DNA of 64,000 nucleotides from Alphaproteobacteria bacterium. Its GTDB lineage: Bacteria > Pseudomonadota > Alphaproteobacteria > UBA7887. Of this stretch, positions 60,265-64,000 are shown one piece after another. The stretch spans positions 3,008,001 to 3,072,000 of the forward strand of contig CBDCGL010000011.1 of assembly GCA_965216755.1 (NCBI GenBank). The letters are read 5' to 3'. Position numbers and translations under genes: made by a program. Position 1 is the stretch's first letter. Every line of letters starts with the position of its first letter. The notes under the pieces were generated by a model that was given only the letters and a program-made list of their open reading frames with translations, was not told the DNA's origin and made no database searches.

Positions 60265-61103
60265 CCGCCGGCACGGCGATAACAGGACGCATCGAAAAGC
60301 GTTTTGCAGCCTTGCGCGAAGCCGGCCGGGCCGGATTGGTCACTTTTGTCACCGCCGGCGACCCAAACGCCGATGTTGGCGCCGCCATCCTCGAAGGCTT
60401 GCCGGACGCGGGTGCCGACATCATCGAACTGGGCATGCCATTCACGGATCCGATGGCGGACGGACCGGCGATTCAGGCGGCCGGCCTGCGCGCCTTGGCC
60501 GCCGGTCAAACACTCAAACGCACCCTCGCCATGGTGCGCAGCTTTCGCGAGCGTGACGACGCCACCCCGGTCGTGCTGATGGGCTATTACAACCCGATCT
60601 ACAGCTACGGCGTGGCGCCGTTCTTGACCGACGCCCTTGACGCCGGCGTCGATGGCCTGATTGTGGTTGATCTGCCACCCGAGGAAGACGAGGAACTGTG
60701 TTTGCCGGCCCTGAATGCGGGCTTGCGTTTCATTCGATTGGCGACGCCGACCACCGACGACGCGCGCTTGCCCGCCGTACTCAACCACACATCCGGCTTC
60801 GTCTACTACGTGTCCATCACCGGCATCACGGGTACACGTAGCGCTGCAACGGTTACCGTCGACAAGGCGGTCGGCCGCTTGCGTCGACACACCGATTTAC
60901 CGATCGCAGTTGGTTTTGGTATCAAAACGCCGGACCAGGCGGCCGCCATCGCGCGCGTCGCCGATGCCGCCGTGGTCGGCTCCGCCCTGGTCGAACAAGT
61001 ACGCCAAACGCAAGAAAGCGGCGCCGACGCGGTCGCGGCGGTACTTGGCTTGGTCCACGATCTCGCGGCCGGTGTGCGCGCGGCACGCATGGAGACGACA
61101 TGA
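60261..61103 (+). CDS. trpA: Tryptophan synthase alpha chain
   Basis: [35 protein letters not shown]. Confidence 0.98.
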   Translation: MTAGTAITGRIEKRFAALREAGRAGLVTFVTAGDPNADVGAAILEGLPDAGADIIELGMPFTDPMADGPAIQAAGLRALAAGQTLKRTLAMVRSFRERDDATPVVLMGYYNPIYSYGVAPFLTDALDAGVDGLIVVDLPPEEDEELCLPALNAGLRFIRLATPTTDDARLPAVLNHTSGFVYYVSITGITGTRSAATVTVDKAVGRLRRHTDLPIAVGFGIKTPDQAAAIARVADAAVVGSALVEQVRQTQESGADAVAAVLGLVHDLAAGVRAARMETT

Positions 61104-62050
61104 GCTGGCTGACAAATTTCGTACGCCCGAAGATTCGGGCGCTGGTGACCCGACGCGAAATTCCACAAGACCTGTGGGACAAGTGCCCGGCGTGCGAACA
61201 GATGATCTTTCATCGTGACCTGGAAGCGCGCCAGCGTGTCTGCCCCCATTGCGATCACCACATGGCGATTCGCCCCGCCCCGCGATTTGCCACACTGTTC
61301 GATGACGGCGCCTATCAGCGCATCGAGCTGCCCGCCGTCACGGTCGATCCGCTCAAATTTCGCGACACCAAGCGGTACTCGGAGCGGCTAAAGGATGCCC
61401 AATCGCGCACCGAGGCCGATGACGCCATCGTCGTCGCCCATGGCGCCATTTTCGGTCGTCAGGTTGTCGTGGCCGCCTTCGAGTTTTCGTTTATGGGCGG
61501 TTCGATGGGACAAGCCGTCGGCGAGGGGATAATCGCGGCGGCACAGTTGGCGCAGCTTCAGCAAGCGCCATTGATCGTATTTCCGGCGTCCGGCGGCGCC
61601 CGTATGCAGGAAGGAATCCTGTCGTTGATGCAGATGCCGCGCACCACGGTGGCCATCGATACCGTGCGCGAGGCCGGACTGCCCTACATCGTGGTGTTGA
61701 CCAATCCGACCACCGGCGGTGTCACGGCATCATTTGCCATGCTTGGCGATATTACTTTGGCCGAACCCGGTGCATTGGTCGGCTTTGCCGGCCCGCGTGT
61801 GATCGAGCAGACCATACGCCAGAGCCTGCCCGACGGATTTCAGACCGCGGAATATTTGCGCGATCATGGCATGGTGGACATGGTTGTTCATCGCCATGAC
61901 ATTCGTGCGCAATTGGCGCGTATCCTGGATCTATTGCTAAATCCGCGGCCGCCAGCTGAGGTCGTCGAATTGCTCGAATCAAGCTTGGATATTCCGGAAC
62001 ATGCGGACAAACCGGAAGCCGATTCGGAAACCGAAGAGACGACACCTTAA
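61100..62050 (+). CDS. accD: Acetyl-CoA carboxylase carboxyltransferase beta subunit
   Basis: LW.KCP.C...CP.C zinc finger, [27 protein letters not shown]. Confidence 0.97.
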   Translation: MSWLTNFVRPKIRALVTRREIPQDLWDKCPACEQMIFHRDLEARQRVCPHCDHHMAIRPAPRFATLFDDGAYQRIELPAVTVDPLKFRDTKRYSERLKDAQSRTEADDAIVVAHGAIFGRQVVVAAFEFSFMGGSMGQAVGEGIIAAAQLAQLQQAPLIVFPASGGARMQEGILSLMQMPRTTVAIDTVREAGLPYIVVLTNPTTGGVTASFAMLGDITLAEPGALVGFAGPRVIEQTIRQSLPDGFQTAEYLRDHGMVDMVVHRHDIRAQLARILDLLLNPRPPAEVVELLESSLDIPEHADKPEADSETEETTP

Positions 62051-62245
62051 AGCACGACACTGCCATGGCAACGGCCTGCCCATGGCACATATTATTACCG
62101 CACTGACCATTCGCGTAACGCATATTGCAAACGGGGCCATCAACCTGCCTTGGTAATTGGCGGCTGTGACTTGTCTGGGCGCCCAGGCGTTCTAGATCCA
62201 TATGACAGAGGTCGCCCCGCGACGACACAGCCAAGGACCTTCGCG

Positions 62246-62437
62246 ATGGCCGTGATTTACGCAGATTTTGGCAAGCGCAATGCCCATCGGCGCCGCCTGG
62301 AAGCCGGTTTTGCCGCCGCTGACAGGCTTGAGGGCGCTCAAATGCTGTTGGCCTGGCTGATTGCGGCCTTGCTTGGTTGGGCGGTCTTCTTGGCCCCCGT
62401 CGCCGCCTTGGGCTGGTTGTTCGGCTGGTGGTCCTAG
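62246..62437 (+). CDS. Small hypothetical membrane protein (63 aa)
   Basis: AAGGA RBS; MAVIYADFGK...C-terminal hydrophobic helix. Confidence 0.5.
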   Translation: MAVIYADFGKRNAHRRRLEAGFAAADRLEGAQMLLAWLIAALLGWAVFLAPVAALGWLFGWWS

Positions 62438-62734
62438 GGTACCGCCGCAAGTCGTTTTTCTGACGCCGATTCGGGCCGCAGCTGACCGCGCCAGCCGTCG
62501 ACAACGACAAACCCGATCGCCGATACCGCGCATCGCACGACCTTAATCTCTGAAAAGCAACGGATTGTCCGAACGCGGACCAAATGCGTCATCGCGCGTG
62601 CATCCGGGTCCATGTTATGATTCGAACAGCGGCCTGACCCAAAATATCGGGCTGGGGTCGGTCGCTCAATATATTGAAGAAAAAGGAGAATGCCAGGTTT
62701 TCGAAGTTGAACGCGCGGGCCCCTGGGTCGTATG

Positions 62735-62811
62735 TGGCGCGCCCGGGAAGATTCGAACTCCCGACCCCCAGATTCGTAGTCTGGTGCTCTATCCAGCTGA
62801 GCTACGGGCGC
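62735..62811 (-). tRNA. tRNA-Arg(ACG)
   Basis: GCGCCCGTAGCTCAGCTGGATAGAGCACCAGACTACGAATCTGGGGGTCGGGAGTTCGAATCTTCCCGGGCGCGCCA, 77 nt. Confidence 0.97.
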
Positions 62812-63154
62812 ATTGCCAAGATTCTTGGTGTGTTTCGTATCGCGGGCGAAACCACCCGGCAACCCCAGGGCGTCGGCGTATGTCCAAAACCGAAGGGCCG
62901 GCGAACACTATTGAAATGGCACGAGATTGGCAAGACCAGCGCACGATGAGCAGCTATATTGTCGGCTGTGGTGTGCGCCTTCGATGGTTGGAAAACCGTC
63001 TTGTGACCACCCCGACCATTGAGTAAGATCCGGGCTTCGTGGGGGGGGTGGAAACGAGTGTTTTTCCTTGCCTTTGTTGATTGAGTACGGCGCCGCAGCG
63101 CGGACGTCGTCAGAGCACATAGCGGTGCTTAGGCAAAAGGACAAGCGTCTCCAA

Positions 63155-64000
63155 ATGACAAGTGTAGCTAGGCATGCGGCCACGCTGACCGTGGTTCTGG
63201 CGATCGCGGGTTGCGGGTGGTCGTCGGAAGGACTCTGGCCGTCGTCATCAAGCGACGGCGAAAGCAGTGAGGCCGCACCGGAAACGTTCGAGATTCCGCC
63301 GGTGCGTGCGGAAACACAATCCCAGCCGGTGCTGGAAGACTATGCGGGGGACCGAGCGCCGCCGCGCGTGGCCGTCGCCGACGCCGCGCCGTCGGTGCCG
63401 ATTGCCTCGCCACCCACCATGCCCACAATAACACAGGCGACACCGCCGGCCGATGCCGTGGCCGCCGGGGCGGACGCGGAAAACGCGCCGCCAACTGTTC
63501 CGCTTTATGTCGGGCCCGTTGAGATCGGGCCGAACACCGGCACGTTTGTCAGCCAAAAGGTTCAGAATCTCCGTGCTGAGCTTGACATCTTGCGTCGCGT
63601 GATCGGTGAACAAAATGAAGAATACAGGTCCGTCTTGGCGGGCACGGCGACCAGTTCGCAACGCTATCACGCCATGGTCGGCGCTATCGAAGCACGACTA
63701 CAGGTTGGCACCACGCCGGGCAATCCCGTGCTGGTCAGTCAATGGCAGAGCGCCCAAGCCGAGCTTGACAATGTCGTGCAGATATCGTCGCGGCTGAAAG
63801 AGCTTGCCAATCGAATCGCCGCCAATTCGGCCACGTCGGCTTACTTGGTCGGCTCGACACGCGCCGCCTATGGATTGCAGGGCGCGGTGGAGGAAGATCA
63901 TCGCCAGCTCGGCATCTTGGAGGATGAGGTCAACCGCACCGACGTATCGATCAGCCGCTTGCTGAATGAAGTCAATGCAACAGTTGAACGGCAAAACACC
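63155..64000 (+). CDS. Hypothetical lipoprotein, runs off the window (not in the ORF track)
   Basis: MTSVARHAATLTVVLAIAGC lipobox, Pro/Ala-rich linker, helical domain with RLQVGTTPGNP; no stop before the window end. Confidence 0.75.
   Translation, partial: MTSVARHAATLTVVLAIAGCGWSSEGLWPSSSSDGESSEAAPETFEIPPVRAETQSQPVLEDYAGDRAPPRVAVADAAPSVPIASPPTMPTITQATPPADAVAAGADAENAPPTVPLYVGPVEIGPNTGTFVSQKVQNLRAELDILRRVIGEQNEEYRSVLAGTATSSQRYHAMVGAIEARLQVGTTPGNPVLVSQWQSAQAELDNVVQISSRLKELANRIAANSATSAYLVGSTRAAYGLQGAVEEDHRQLGILEDEVNRTDVSISRLLNEVNATVERQNT

Overview
GC-rich chromosomal window, most likely from an alphaproteobacterium (Rhodospirillales-like). This is inferred from gene order (TIGR02300-aroA-cmk-rpsA-sppA-ihfB-lapA-pyrF-trpFBA-accD) and from the repeat types. 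The first ~49.6 kb is flexible metabolic content: a complete periplasmic nitrate reductase operon napFDAGHBC with an FNR box centred at about -41.5, orphan ABC and TRAP solute-binding proteins, c-type cytochromes, a treT-galT pair, a Spy/CpxP-RR-HK module with a perfect CpxR-type box, a decayed arsC next to an aquaporin, a PAS hybrid kinase, ppk2, an anchorless SdhA/SdhB-like pair with an altered active site, and a NUDIX-pit pair. An IS481 element lies just downstream of tRNA-Ala(GGC), followed by core genes and tRNA-Arg(ACG). The most unusual signals are: (i) three 82-83 bp palindromic elements with shared GGTGACAGTTTACTAAAT arms, unrelated cores and covarying flanks; (ii) an IS481 with a 12-bp flanking direct repeat, sitting between a real tRNA 3' end and a distorted tRNA-like 3' end; (iii) an apparently circularly permuted cytochrome c; (iv) a three-copy CTAG-ended MITE, one copy sharing the napA stop codon; (v) a candidate sRNA with an anti-Shine-Dalgarno loop. 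All product calls come from motif recognition by eye; no searches were run.
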